Source of the DNA: a virus
Lineage: Duplodnaviria; Caudoviricetes
Reading direction: 5' to 3' (one strand)
Length of the DNA: 40,920 nucleotides
Virus record (IMG/VR): IMGVR_UViG_3300027798_000093
Coordinates: 1 to 40,920 of that record
Shown here: piece after piece, positions 15,945 to 24,364 of the stretch
Position numbering within the stretch: position 1 is the first letter of the stretch
How the letters are laid out: each line of letters opens with the position of its first letter
The notes under the pieces: model-generated
The model's input: only the letters and a program-made list of their open reading frames with translations
What the model was told of the DNA's origin: nothing
Database searches by the model: none
Made by a program: the position numbers and the translations under genes

Positions 15945-16519
15945 GTATAACCGTAACTAACACCTTCACAAATTAAATTCATCTGCACCACAATAACATG
16001 GGCATAAGCAACAGCATGTGCCTTCTTAAAGTAATACTCGTCATTCTCCGGTTTCGTCCAAACTTCCGTCATCACCGTAGTCCAATCTTTCCCAATCAGA
16101 TAACGTTTGGCTGGGCGTATCATTGCCAAAACTGCCGCTAATTCTTCTATAGACTTTGGTTCCATTTGTCTCAGAATAGATCCATGCCCATTCACATGGA
16201 ACAATAAGTTCACGAAGTCGTCCTGTAACAGTAAATCCCATAGTGGTTCAGTCTCCATTAATTCAAGTAAATGTTTTCTGTCTTTTACTCCTTCATAGAC
16301 TCCTACATTTAAGAAATCTATTTTAAAATACCCTCTACGTTCTGCTTGTTTATACTCTATCGTACTTATTCCTGTAATTGGATTGTACGGGATAGCAGTA
16401 CAATATATTCCAGTATTGTGCTTTTTAAAAGTGCCATTGTCGTCAATAGCCGCTGTGACTGTTTTAAACACATCTAGTGCTCGTGTTCTATCTGCAAAGT
16501 CAATATCAATATCAGGCAT
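15941..16519 (-). CDS. miniature DNA polymerase III alpha (DnaE)-like protein, 192 aa
   Basis: PDIDIDF, HNTGIY, KIDFLNV, LAMIRP, YYFKKAHAVAY match DnaE motifs in order; start moved to ATG 16519. Confidence 0.8.
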   Translation of the reverse strand: MPDIDIDFADRTRALDVFKTVTAAIDDNGTFKKHNTGIYCTAIPYNPITGISTIEYKQAERRGYFKIDFLNVGVYEGVKDRKHLLELMETEPLWDLLLQDDFVNLLFHVNGHGSILRQMEPKSIEELAAVLAMIRPAKRYLIGKDWTTVMTEVWTKPENDEYYFKKAHAVAYAHVIVVQMNLICEGVSYGYT

Positions 16520-16706
16520 CGTTACCGTCCTTGTCCCATGTTGCAATTTTCTTCCATTGAAGATTTCCTGGAGTAGTATATGGAACATACACTTCACCGG
16601 TTTCTTTATCAGCCAACAACCATTTACCCGGACATTTAGTTGTTATATTCAATGTTATTGGCTCAGCTAATTCCTCAACTTCTGTATCATCTAACAGCTT
16701 TCTCAT
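16512..16706 (-). CDS. hypothetical protein
   Basis: 64 aa; overlaps both neighbours in the operon. Confidence 0.7.
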   Translation of the reverse strand: MRKLLDDTEVEELAEPITLNITTKCPGKWLLADKETGEVYVPYTTPGNLQWKKIATWDKDGNDA

Positions 16707-17383
16707 ATATTCGATTCCTTGACTACCTGCCGAACTAGCTCAGTATCAGTGGATAATCTTTTAAATTTGTTTAGCCAGAACGGCAAATCCATAATAGCTC
16801 CAACTGCCGTTAACTGTTCATCATTGAACTTTTTTAGCATGTCTTTACCGTTCTTACTATTTAAAATAAGCCAAGGGCTTACTTTCCCGTCTCTAACATC
16901 AAATACAGCCCTGCTCAAACTGACGTATAAAAAGTAATGATTCCATTGGGCTTGATTATTTTCTCCCCATTCCATCATATGTTTAATGCTTCGCTCAAGA
17001 GCTGTTTCTACATTCTCAGTTCTAATTAAATCTATAACATACTTGTCATAAAGTTCATCTCTACACCAGTGATCTAACTTAACGCCACTAGTAACAACAT
17101 AATTAATAAATTTGTCCGGATATAACGGATTTACGTTGCTAACAAAACTACCAAACTTTACAAACGCATTGTAGTAAGAGCTTCTTGCAAAGTCATCGTA
17201 ATTTTTATCTTGTTTTGAATTTTGTGTAAGCCTATAAAATTTATTATACGTGTCAAAGCCCAACACCACATGTCTCTCAGTCCTAGCCATGTGTCTGCGT
17301 TTTTGTTCGCATACATGAACAGCTAGAGTTTTTTCTTTTGTAAAAGTACTTTTACAATGTTGGCAAATATATTCTGACATCAC
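16703..17383 (-). CDS. zinc-finger-containing hypothetical protein
   Basis: N-terminal CQHC-x12-HVC. Confidence 0.7.
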   Translation of the reverse strand: MMSEYICQHCKSTFTKEKTLAVHVCEQKRRHMARTERHVVLGFDTYNKFYRLTQNSKQDKNYDDFARSSYYNAFVKFGSFVSNVNPLYPDKFINYVVTSGVKLDHWCRDELYDKYVIDLIRTENVETALERSIKHMMEWGENNQAQWNHYFLYVSLSRAVFDVRDGKVSPWLILNSKNGKDMLKKFNDEQLTAVGAIMDLPFWLNKFKRLSTDTELVRQVVKESNI

Positions 17384-17892
17384 TTTAGTTTCTTGGCAAT
17401 AACACTATCTTCCATTCCGTAAGTTTTTGCTAACGCTTTAAGCTCTTTATCAGTAGTTAAGTCGGCTAACATTTCAATCTCATCCATTTTACGGTTAGGA
17501 TATATTTCAGCTAAGAATTTAACTTTCTTACTGTTACTACCTTCTTTTTTCTTAGGTGTAATATATTGATGGAAGAATTCAGTTTTCCCATCATAGCTAC
17601 ACATACACAACAATATCCACATGAGCTTAGGATGTTTCTGCGCTAACAAAAACCAATTCTTATTGAACAAATTATTAACCATTGTAACAAAATGTTTCTG
17701 TTCTTCAGTAGTAGGTGTCTTGCCTTTTTGCCAATGCTTATCGGGTTTTGCCGCACAGCTAATGTAACGGTTAAGAATGAATAACTCTTGTTTAAGTGAC
17801 TTTTGTTGATCAGCATCCATGGCATCCCATAGCTCACGGACATTTTGATCAACGGCTGTTAGCTTTTCACTTAACTCTACTTTTTCACTCAC
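17380..17892 (-). CDS. hypothetical protein, possibly clamp-loader small subunit (gp62-like)
   Basis: FILNRYIS, helical, basic PKKK segment; size and replication context. Confidence 0.45.
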   Translation of the reverse strand: MSEKVELSEKLTAVDQNVRELWDAMDADQQKSLKQELFILNRYISCAAKPDKHWQKGKTPTTEEQKHFVTMVNNLFNKNWFLLAQKHPKLMWILLCMCSYDGKTEFFHQYITPKKKEGSNSKKVKFLAEIYPNRKMDEIEMLADLTTDKELKALAKTYGMEDSVIAKKLK

Positions 17893-18160
17893 GGATTTTA
17901 TCCTTACTTAACTTGTATATCATTATAGCACGATCCAAGGCCTTTTGTAAAGTGGGATTGGTTTTCGCCTCTCGATGAATTTCACCCCACATCTTACTGT
18001 CCATTATGTGATCGTGCAACGGCCGGCCGTCACTAGTTCGAGTATCATAGTTATATCCAATCTCTTTCCTAGTGCTAGGATCAGCACCAAATTCTCGGGC
18101 ATAAACAGTTCCCTTATCTCGCTCGTATATGTATGTTGCACCAGGTTTAAGACTTCCCAT
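17885..18160 (-). CDS. hypothetical protein
   Basis: Start moved to ATG 18160 (MGSLKPG), directly after the upstream stop. Confidence 0.7.
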   Translation of the reverse strand: MGSLKPGATYIYERDKGTVYAREFGADPSTRKEIGYNYDTRTSDGRPLHDHIMDSKMWGEIHREAKTNPTLQKALDRAIMIYKLSKDKIRE

Positions 18161-18161
18161 A

Positions 18162-18668
18162 TTACAATATCTTATCCAATTGTATAATTTCACTTTGTCT
18201 TGATATTTCTTTGACAAAGTAAGCACAGTTAGGCTTATGTCCAAATGCTGTTGGTACAGCAAGTAACTGGCCATTTTTCATCTTTGGAAAGTACCATTTA
18301 ACATCGCTGTAAAAATTTACAATTTCAATCTTTTTAAACTCTACTCTAAACGAACTTAGTGGATTAAAAATTAATGCTTCAAATCCTCTATCATTTAAAC
18401 TAGTAAGCGGAAGAATTTCAATGTCACTAGCGCATGAACTATCTCCGACAGCAATACACCAATCGATAGGCATTGTGACTTCATCATTACCAATCCTTAA
18501 TACCATTGCGGGTGCATTGAAACTTTCTAGAAAAATCAACGGCATAAAGAAAAAGTCCGGCTCGTTTGGAGAAGAGTTATCTAATACTGCAAACCTAGTA
18601 TTGTCGTCTACTTCATCTGGTAAATTACTTAATGAAAATGTTTCATTGTCTAATGTTAATATCTGCAT
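18162..18668 (-). CDS. hypothetical protein
   Basis: 168 aa, beta-rich; AAAGGA RBS. Confidence 0.8.
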   Translation of the reverse strand: MQILTLDNETFSLSNLPDEVDDNTRFAVLDNSSPNEPDFFFMPLIFLESFNAPAMVLRIGNDEVTMPIDWCIAVGDSSCASDIEILPLTSLNDRGFEALIFNPLSSFRVEFKKIEIVNFYSDVKWYFPKMKNGQLLAVPTAFGHKPNCAYFVKEISRQSEIIQLDKIL

Positions 18669-18675
18669 AATTCCT

Positions 18676-20145
18676 TTATTTTTGCCAATCTATCTTTTCA
18701 ATCGTGAACGGATACTTGGCATCCTTGTAAAATTTCTTCCTCGTAGTGAGGTGACGCTTGGCGAACTTGCAGGTCGAAGTGACATCCCAGATTTGTACAA
18801 AGTCTTTGTCTTCTGCTTTTCTAATGCCTCGCCCAATACTTTGTATAACGCGGACAAAGCTCTTTCCGGGTTCAAGAAGAACCAGATTAAAAATCCTTGG
18901 GATATTAATACCAACAGCGGCCACACCGTAAGTCGCCACAGTAATCTTGTTATCATTTGTCGCATGGTCTTTGTACTCTTCTTGTCGTTTCGTGCCCTTT
19001 ACTTCACCCGAAATAAAAACAGCGTCGTCCAATAAATCTATTAATTGTTTGCCTGAATCAATTCTATTAACTAGAACTAATGTATTGCCTGTTTCCGATA
19101 AGCCTTTTACTAATTTTGCAATGTATGCTATCCTGTCAGGGTTTGTAACAAGATATTTCAATTCTTCTGCATATGACTTAAACTCTGGTAAGTCAATGAG
19201 TTGTGTAATATTAACGTGAAGATTACTTAGTATCCCCATCTCTTGTAATTGGTGAGCTTTAATGCCGCCAACTACTGGTCCAATACTAGCGTATATAGGT
19301 TGTGCTTCAAAATCGTCTTTAGGCACTGTACCCGTTAACCCCCAACGTATAGGAGCATTACATAGGTTAATTGTAAGCAGATTTTTTAATACTTCTGCTT
19401 TTGCCATATGTACTTCGTCAACAATAACTGTCTTAACCCCGTCAAGGAATTCTGCTAGTGTTAATGCATTTTCCAAGTCCCAATTTTTACTTTTCTTATC
19501 TAACACGTTAAGACTTTGCCATGTACATATAGTGTGTGTTTTACCAAGATCCTTTCGATCACCGAAATAAACACCAACGTCAAGTCCAACATTGATATAA
19601 TCTTCTTCTGTTTGTGTAACTAGATCTTTATTAGGAACAATTACAATAGTTCTTCCGTATTTTTCTGCACAGTGACTTAGTGTAGCAGTCATAATAGTTT
19701 TTCCGGCGCCTGTCGCTACTTCTTGCAAGGCCTGCGTATTGGTAAAGAACCGGTTAACTACTTCGACTTGGTCGTCACGTAGTGTAATCGGTTGTCCAGC
19801 AAATCGATGTCCCGCGGGCCATACTTTACCCATATCTGCCCAATAGGTATTTGTAATTTCTTTAAATTCAATTTGGCCAGTAGTGCGTAAGTCTTCAACT
19901 TCTTCAATATGGACACGTATACTTGCAAGGATTTCTAGACACTTTTCTAATTGACTCAAGTAGCCATTACCACCTAGACCAAACATACTAACCATGCCGT
20001 CCCATCGTCCTAATTTATACGCAGGTTGATATCGTGCAGTTGGGTTTTCATACTTAAACGAGTTAGACAATTTTTTTCGAGCATCTAACGGAAGATTCTC
20101 AAATTTAATATTAACTTCGTCTTTAATGACTAATTTTATTCCCAT
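18676..20145 (-). CDS. uvsW: SF2 DNA helicase (UvsW-like)
   Basis: ATGAGKT, DEVH, GLTGT, GINIP, QSIGRGIR. Confidence 0.9.
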   Translation of the reverse strand: MGIKLVIKDEVNIKFENLPLDARKKLSNSFKYENPTARYQPAYKLGRWDGMVSMFGLGGNGYLSQLEKCLEILASIRVHIEEVEDLRTTGQIEFKEITNTYWADMGKVWPAGHRFAGQPITLRDDQVEVVNRFFTNTQALQEVATGAGKTIMTATLSHCAEKYGRTIVIVPNKDLVTQTEEDYINVGLDVGVYFGDRKDLGKTHTICTWQSLNVLDKKSKNWDLENALTLAEFLDGVKTVIVDEVHMAKAEVLKNLLTINLCNAPIRWGLTGTVPKDDFEAQPIYASIGPVVGGIKAHQLQEMGILSNLHVNITQLIDLPEFKSYAEELKYLVTNPDRIAYIAKLVKGLSETGNTLVLVNRIDSGKQLIDLLDDAVFISGEVKGTKRQEEYKDHATNDNKITVATYGVAAVGINIPRIFNLVLLEPGKSFVRVIQSIGRGIRKAEDKDFVQIWDVTSTCKFAKRHLTTRKKFYKDAKYPFTIEKIDWQK

Positions 20146-21326
20146 TTTAATACAGTTTCCATAATTGGTTCTACATCAGTATATGATATAATTAAGTCAC
20201 AACAGTTTGCATATACCGCAGTTTTACTATGTCTTAAGGGTGCGCCAAGGCTTATGACACTCATAGGTTTCCAGTCAGTTTTTAATAAAAACTTTGGAAT
20301 CTTTCCGCTTTGTACTCCGACTACTTGTGTAGCTGAATCAAGTTGACAATTGTAACTATTGTTGGCAATACATTGATTAAATTCTTTTCCGTTGTCAGTA
20401 TTATCTAATCTAAAGTAAATGCCAACGTTATCGTAAATTCCAAAATCTTTTAAATTTTCCGATAAAATTGTTAGTTCTTCTAGACATTTCTTAGGAGTGT
20501 AGGAATCAAACACAACTAGCAGTGGAAACCTTTTAAGGTTAATTAATGATTCAATAACTTGATTAACTGTATACGTATTCTTATCAATCCATACTTTTGA
20601 AGTTTTTCTTGCGGCAATAATCTCAGTTAATGTTTCCGGAGTTTTACTACTTTTTTCATAGTAATACTGATATCGAATACTGCGATCAATAATAACACTT
20701 TCGTCTATCGCAGTGTCAATGCCTAAGTCAGCAGTTATTTGTTTTTGGAAGTTAGGATATACAATGTTAGTTATTAAAAACTGTTTTTGAACTTCTTCTG
20801 CCGCCCACGATTTTATAGTTTTGTAATGAGTTAGTATCCTTTCATCAACTATAAAATCATACTGCTCAAGCTCTTCAACTAGTATAACAATGTTTTTTTC
20901 CGTAAGATCAGCAGTATAAATTTTGCCAGTTAATAGTTGTGTTAGATTTGAAACTTTCTTAGAAAGAGACTGTAGTGTCTTTCTTATAGGGCTAGAAAAT
21001 GTAAATTCTATACTAATACAAGGATCGGTATCGGCTTGGTTTAAAATATATAATTTTTTTACTACTTCAATTTGCCTAAACAACTTTGACCAAATAGGTG
21101 TTGTTAAACTCTGTTTCATCTCTTCAGATAAAACTGGTATTTTTTCTTGGTTGTCGCGAATAATTTTTAAAAGCAATCGGCCTTGATTTTCAGTGATGAA
21201 TGTTGTATTTGAAATAATGCCAGCTAAACTTCGTAAGACTTTAGCATCTCTTTTTAAGAGATATTCTTCAACTGTGGGATTTGTTTTATTTACAATATCC
21301 AATAAAATCTGATCAATTGTCATCAT
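20136..21326 (-). CDS. hypothetical protein
   Basis: Long ORF upstream of uvsW; start moved to ATG 21326 because the longer start overlaps a promoter and terminator. Confidence 0.75.
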   Translation of the reverse strand: MMTIDQILLDIVNKTNPTVEEYLLKRDAKVLRSLAGIISNTTFITENQGRLLLKIIRDNQEKIPVLSEEMKQSLTTPIWSKLFRQIEVVKKLYILNQADTDPCISIEFTFSSPIRKTLQSLSKKVSNLTQLLTGKIYTADLTEKNIVILVEELEQYDFIVDERILTHYKTIKSWAAEEVQKQFLITNIVYPNFQKQITADLGIDTAIDESVIIDRSIRYQYYYEKSSKTPETLTEIIAARKTSKVWIDKNTYTVNQVIESLINLKRFPLLVVFDSYTPKKCLEELTILSENLKDFGIYDNVGIYFRLDNTDNGKEFNQCIANNSYNCQLDSATQVVGVQSGKIPKFLLKTDWKPMSVISLGAPLRHSKTAVYANCCDLIISYTDVEPIMETVLKWE

Positions 21327-21332
21327 ACATTT

Positions 21333-21361
21333 ATTATACATACCTTTGTTAGCAAAGTCAA
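21333..21361 (-). promoter_or_regulatory. sigma70-type promoter
   Basis: TTGACT(21361-21356)-N17-TATAAT(21338-21333), 6 nt before the ATG. Confidence 0.8.
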
Positions 21362-21372
21362 GCCTTTTAGTG

Positions 21373-21406
21373 AAAAAAATAGGCCTCAATATTATTTAAG
21401 GCCTAT
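21373..21406 (-). terminator. intrinsic terminator after uvsY
   Basis: ATAGGCCT/AGGCCTAT stem followed by a T-run on the - strand. Confidence 0.7.
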
Positions 21407-21429
21407 AGTCTGCCGTTTGGGCAAATTGA

Positions 21430-21882
21430 TTAAATGCTTGCGTCTTCCATACCAGCAACACGGAGTTTTACAATGTTTGTAATTTGCCATTGTTTTTGGT
21501 CTAATGCCTTGGTAATGCCTAACCATCTGTTGCGTAGCAAAGCAAACTCGTTGATAATTTTTTCAAAGTCAACAACGTCTGCTTCACCCTCGACAAATTT
21601 TTCACAGTCACGACTACTAAGAGCACGTTGATAGTTTTCTAAGTATTTGCGAAAGTGTTGACTTTTGAGTCTACGGAGTTCTATATTAAGATATTCTAAG
21701 ATTGCTTCAATTTCTTGTAATTGAGTAAAACGTTGTTCAACGATTCCGGGCATTGCTGCCGAGGCTCGTTCAACATTCCCACTAATACGGCACTCACTTC
21801 GTGCTTCATCGAGTTCAGCATTAAAGTAATCTACAGCATCAGGTATATAAGAAATATCCTTTGCAATCTTAGTATACCACAT
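21430..21882 (-). CDS. uvsY: recombination mediator (UvsY-like)
   Basis: 150-aa helical protein ending KQWQITNIVKLRVAG, downstream of uvsX. Confidence 0.75.
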   Translation of the reverse strand: MWYTKIAKDISYIPDAVDYFNAELDEARSECRISGNVERASAAMPGIVEQRFTQLQEIEAILEYLNIELRRLKSQHFRKYLENYQRALSSRDCEKFVEGEADVVDFEKIINEFALLRNRWLGITKALDQKQWQITNIVKLRVAGMEDASI

Positions 21883-22133
21883 TAAAAATCCAATTCTTTA
21901 AAGTCATTTTCTTCATCATCGCCGGCATCTTCTTCTTCCGGTTCATCAAGATAGTAATCAATTGCCGCATCAAGTACATTATCTACACCTGTGGCGTTTT
22001 GTAAAACCTTATCACTGATCCCGTAATCTGCTAGGAGATCGATATATCTCTCAGCGACTACTTCTACTTGTTTTTTATCTATATAGTCTGCAAAAAGCAT
22101 CCAGATATCACCAATTTGACTTTCATTCAACAT
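21882..22133 (-). CDS. small acidic hypothetical protein
   Basis: 83 aa between uvsX and uvsY, overlapping both. Confidence 0.75.
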   Translation of the reverse strand: MLNESQIGDIWMLFADYIDKKQVEVVAERYIDLLADYGISDKVLQNATGVDNVLDAAIDYYLDEPEEEDAGDDEENDFKELDF

Positions 22134-23181
22134 TCTCGTCTATCTCCTCAGGAATGGTAGTTGTTGTTAAAGGTTTGATATGAAATTTTGCCATTAACAT
22201 ATCTAATTTATCATCTTTCCATTCTTTTCGGTAGAATTTGAATTCCTCACCTGTCTCCGGATCAACCCATTTGAGCCTATTACCTTCTTGTTTTAACAAG
22301 CCGGCTTTTTCGCACATATCAACCATTCCGCTATAAGGATTCATACCTGTTTCATATGGAATTTTAATTTGTACAGTTTCAAAAGGCTTACTGTAACGAG
22401 TCTTCATGATCTTACAACTAGCACGAATACCCATTACATCTGATACTTTATTACCGTCCTCATCCTCTTTGAGTTTGAGTTTTTTCATAGCAACAACAAT
22501 ACTAGACGCATAGACAAAGCCTTGTCCACCACTAATTTTGTCGTCTGGATCAAACATGTCTTGACTTGCGTATGTATGGTTTGTACAAACCATACCCACG
22601 TTATAACTACCAAACATATTAACACAATTACGAACAAGGCTTGTTAGTGCTTTAGGTTTACGGCCCATGTCTCCCTTCATGTCACCAGCTTGGAACTGAT
22701 TAATGTCAGTAGGGGTAAGTAACATACCCAATGAGTCTATGACAAATAAGACTTTAGGACGCTCTGCCATTTCTTTGTACTCTTTCATGAATTCATGAAT
22801 GGTTTTAGCCACGTCATCAATCATTGCCATGTTGAGCTTAAGAAGTTTGTCTTCGGCTGTGTCTACACCAAGTGCGTGTAACCATTTTTCATCTAGCGCA
22901 TTTTCAGTATCAATCAAGATTACATAAATGCCCTGTGCTTGTGCATTACGTACTAGATTACCTGAACAGATAAAACTCTTACCTGCGCCAGATTCGCCAG
23001 CAAACACAGTAACCTTACCCAAAGGAATACCTTTGTTAAAATCACCGCTGATTAGATAGTTAAGCGTATAATTGCCGGTACTAATCCAATCTGTTGGATC
23101 ATTAAATCCAACGCCGAGACCGTCAATTGACTTAGTCAAGGTTTTTCTAAATTTCGATAAATCGAAGGCTTTTGTAGCCAT
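22123..23181 (-). CDS. uvsX: RecA-like recombinase (UvsX)
   Basis: GESGAGKS, IDTENA, VIDSLG, NHTY, SGGQG, KTR; AGGAGA RBS. Confidence 0.93.
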   Translation of the reverse strand: MATKAFDLSKFRKTLTKSIDGLGVGFNDPTDWISTGNYTLNYLISGDFNKGIPLGKVTVFAGESGAGKSFICSGNLVRNAQAQGIYVILIDTENALDEKWLHALGVDTAEDKLLKLNMAMIDDVAKTIHEFMKEYKEMAERPKVLFVIDSLGMLLTPTDINQFQAGDMKGDMGRKPKALTSLVRNCVNMFGSYNVGMVCTNHTYASQDMFDPDDKISGGQGFVYASSIVVAMKKLKLKEDEDGNKVSDVMGIRASCKIMKTRYSKPFETVQIKIPYETGMNPYSGMVDMCEKAGLLKQEGNRLKWVDPETGEEFKFYRKEWKDDKLDMLMAKFHIKPLTTTTIPEEIDENVE

Positions 23182-23205
23182 AAGTTAATTCTCCTATGAT
23201 GATGT

Positions 23206-23225
23206 AAGGGGACCGAAGTCCCCTT
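23206..23225 (-). promoter_or_regulatory. C(UUCG)G tetraloop hairpin between gp32 and uvsX
   Basis: AAGGGGAC-TTCG-GTCCCCTT on the - strand, no long U-run. Confidence 0.75.
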
Positions 23226-23231
23226 GGCTTT

Positions 23232-24209
23232 TTACTTCTGACGATTGCGAATCATTGCCAAGATATCTTGGGCACGTGAGTCGCCACCTTCTGCCGCAGG
23301 GGCCGCTGTAGGAGCCGGAGCTGCCTTAGCTACTGGAGCAGGTGTGTCATCTTCATCATGTGATGCCGCTGGAGCAGGTGCGGCTTTCGGAGTTGATGCT
23401 TTTTGTGGATCACCAGTGTTCTGGCTCATGCCAGCTGGTTTGAAGTATTGTCCCCAACGTTCCATGTCATACGGTTCGCCGTCAACTGAGGCTTCAAACA
23501 TTTCCTTCATAACTTTCAACTCAACGTCTGTTGGTTTCTTAGGTAGGAAGTCTGACAAGTTAAACAAGCCATGTGTCTTAATGGCTGCTTGTTCAGTATC
23601 ATTCAATGGACGCTCACGACGTGCCCAACTTGAAGTTGAGTAGTCAGCATAACCGCCTTTTGAACCTTTCTTCATACGATAGTCTAAGCCATGTACAAAG
23701 TCTGTTGGCAAGTCTTCCAACTCTGGATCAACAAGTGCCGCACGGATTGATGTAAAAATCTGTGGGCCGATGATGAATCTACGGATTGGATTTTCTGGTG
23801 TTTCTTTTTCTTTCAAACCATCTTCAGCAACAAAGCCTTGGAAAATATAACTGCGTTTCTTCCAATACTTACGACCCATATCTTCTAGTGCCGGGTCTTT
23901 AAACCATGCACGTACTTCAGATAGGATTGGGCAAGTGTCCCCATACATTTCTACGCACGGAACTTGTACGATTGTTTGTTTGCTTTCGGATTCGCCTTTG
24001 ATACCTGCAAAGGGAAGTTTGATCATTGCACGTTCAACCCAGAAAAATGTGTTATCTGTGTTGCCGTCTGGTAAAAAGCGTAGTAGTGCTTCTTCACCTT
24101 CTTTGAGATTCCAGAACGGATAAATTGAATTATCTCCGCCTGTTCGTTCTCCTGAACCTTTTGATTCAGATGCCTTAAGTTTTGCTCTAATTTCTGCCAA
24201 AGTTGCCAT
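23232..24209 (-). CDS. gp32: single-stranded DNA-binding protein (T4 gp32-like)
   Basis: LRFLP, C-x7-CP, YWKKRSY, GYADY; flexible C-terminal tail; AGGAGA RBS. Confidence 0.9.
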   Translation of the reverse strand: MATLAEIRAKLKASESKGSGERTGGDNSIYPFWNLKEGEEALLRFLPDGNTDNTFFWVERAMIKLPFAGIKGESESKQTIVQVPCVEMYGDTCPILSEVRAWFKDPALEDMGRKYWKKRSYIFQGFVAEDGLKEKETPENPIRRFIIGPQIFTSIRAALVDPELEDLPTDFVHGLDYRMKKGSKGGYADYSTSSWARRERPLNDTEQAAIKTHGLFNLSDFLPKKPTDVELKVMKEMFEASVDGEPYDMERWGQYFKPAGMSQNTGDPQKASTPKAAPAPAASHDEDDTPAPVAKAAPAPTAAPAAEGGDSRAQDILAMIRNRQK

Positions 24210-24299
24210 AATAGTTCTCCTTTATATAAGCCTTTGTTTACTTCATTTGCCTTAGTTTGTTTTACGGATCTACCTTAAAACAAAAAGCGCATACATGTT

Positions 24300-24328
24300 A
24301 TTGTATACGCTTTTATTTAGCTTTGCAA
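24300..24328 (-). promoter_or_regulatory. gp32 promoter (sigma70-type with nested TAAATA)
   Basis: TTGCAA(24328-24323)-N17-TACAAT(24305-24300); TAAATA inside the spacer. Confidence 0.6.
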
Positions 24329-24364
24329 GAGATTTCTTGCTTAAATGTGAGTATATTTCACCAA

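Noticed and set aside
23206-23225. Hairpin between gp32 and uvsX as a terminator
   Set aside because: No U-tract follows on the coding strand; more likely a stabilising UUCG hairpin.
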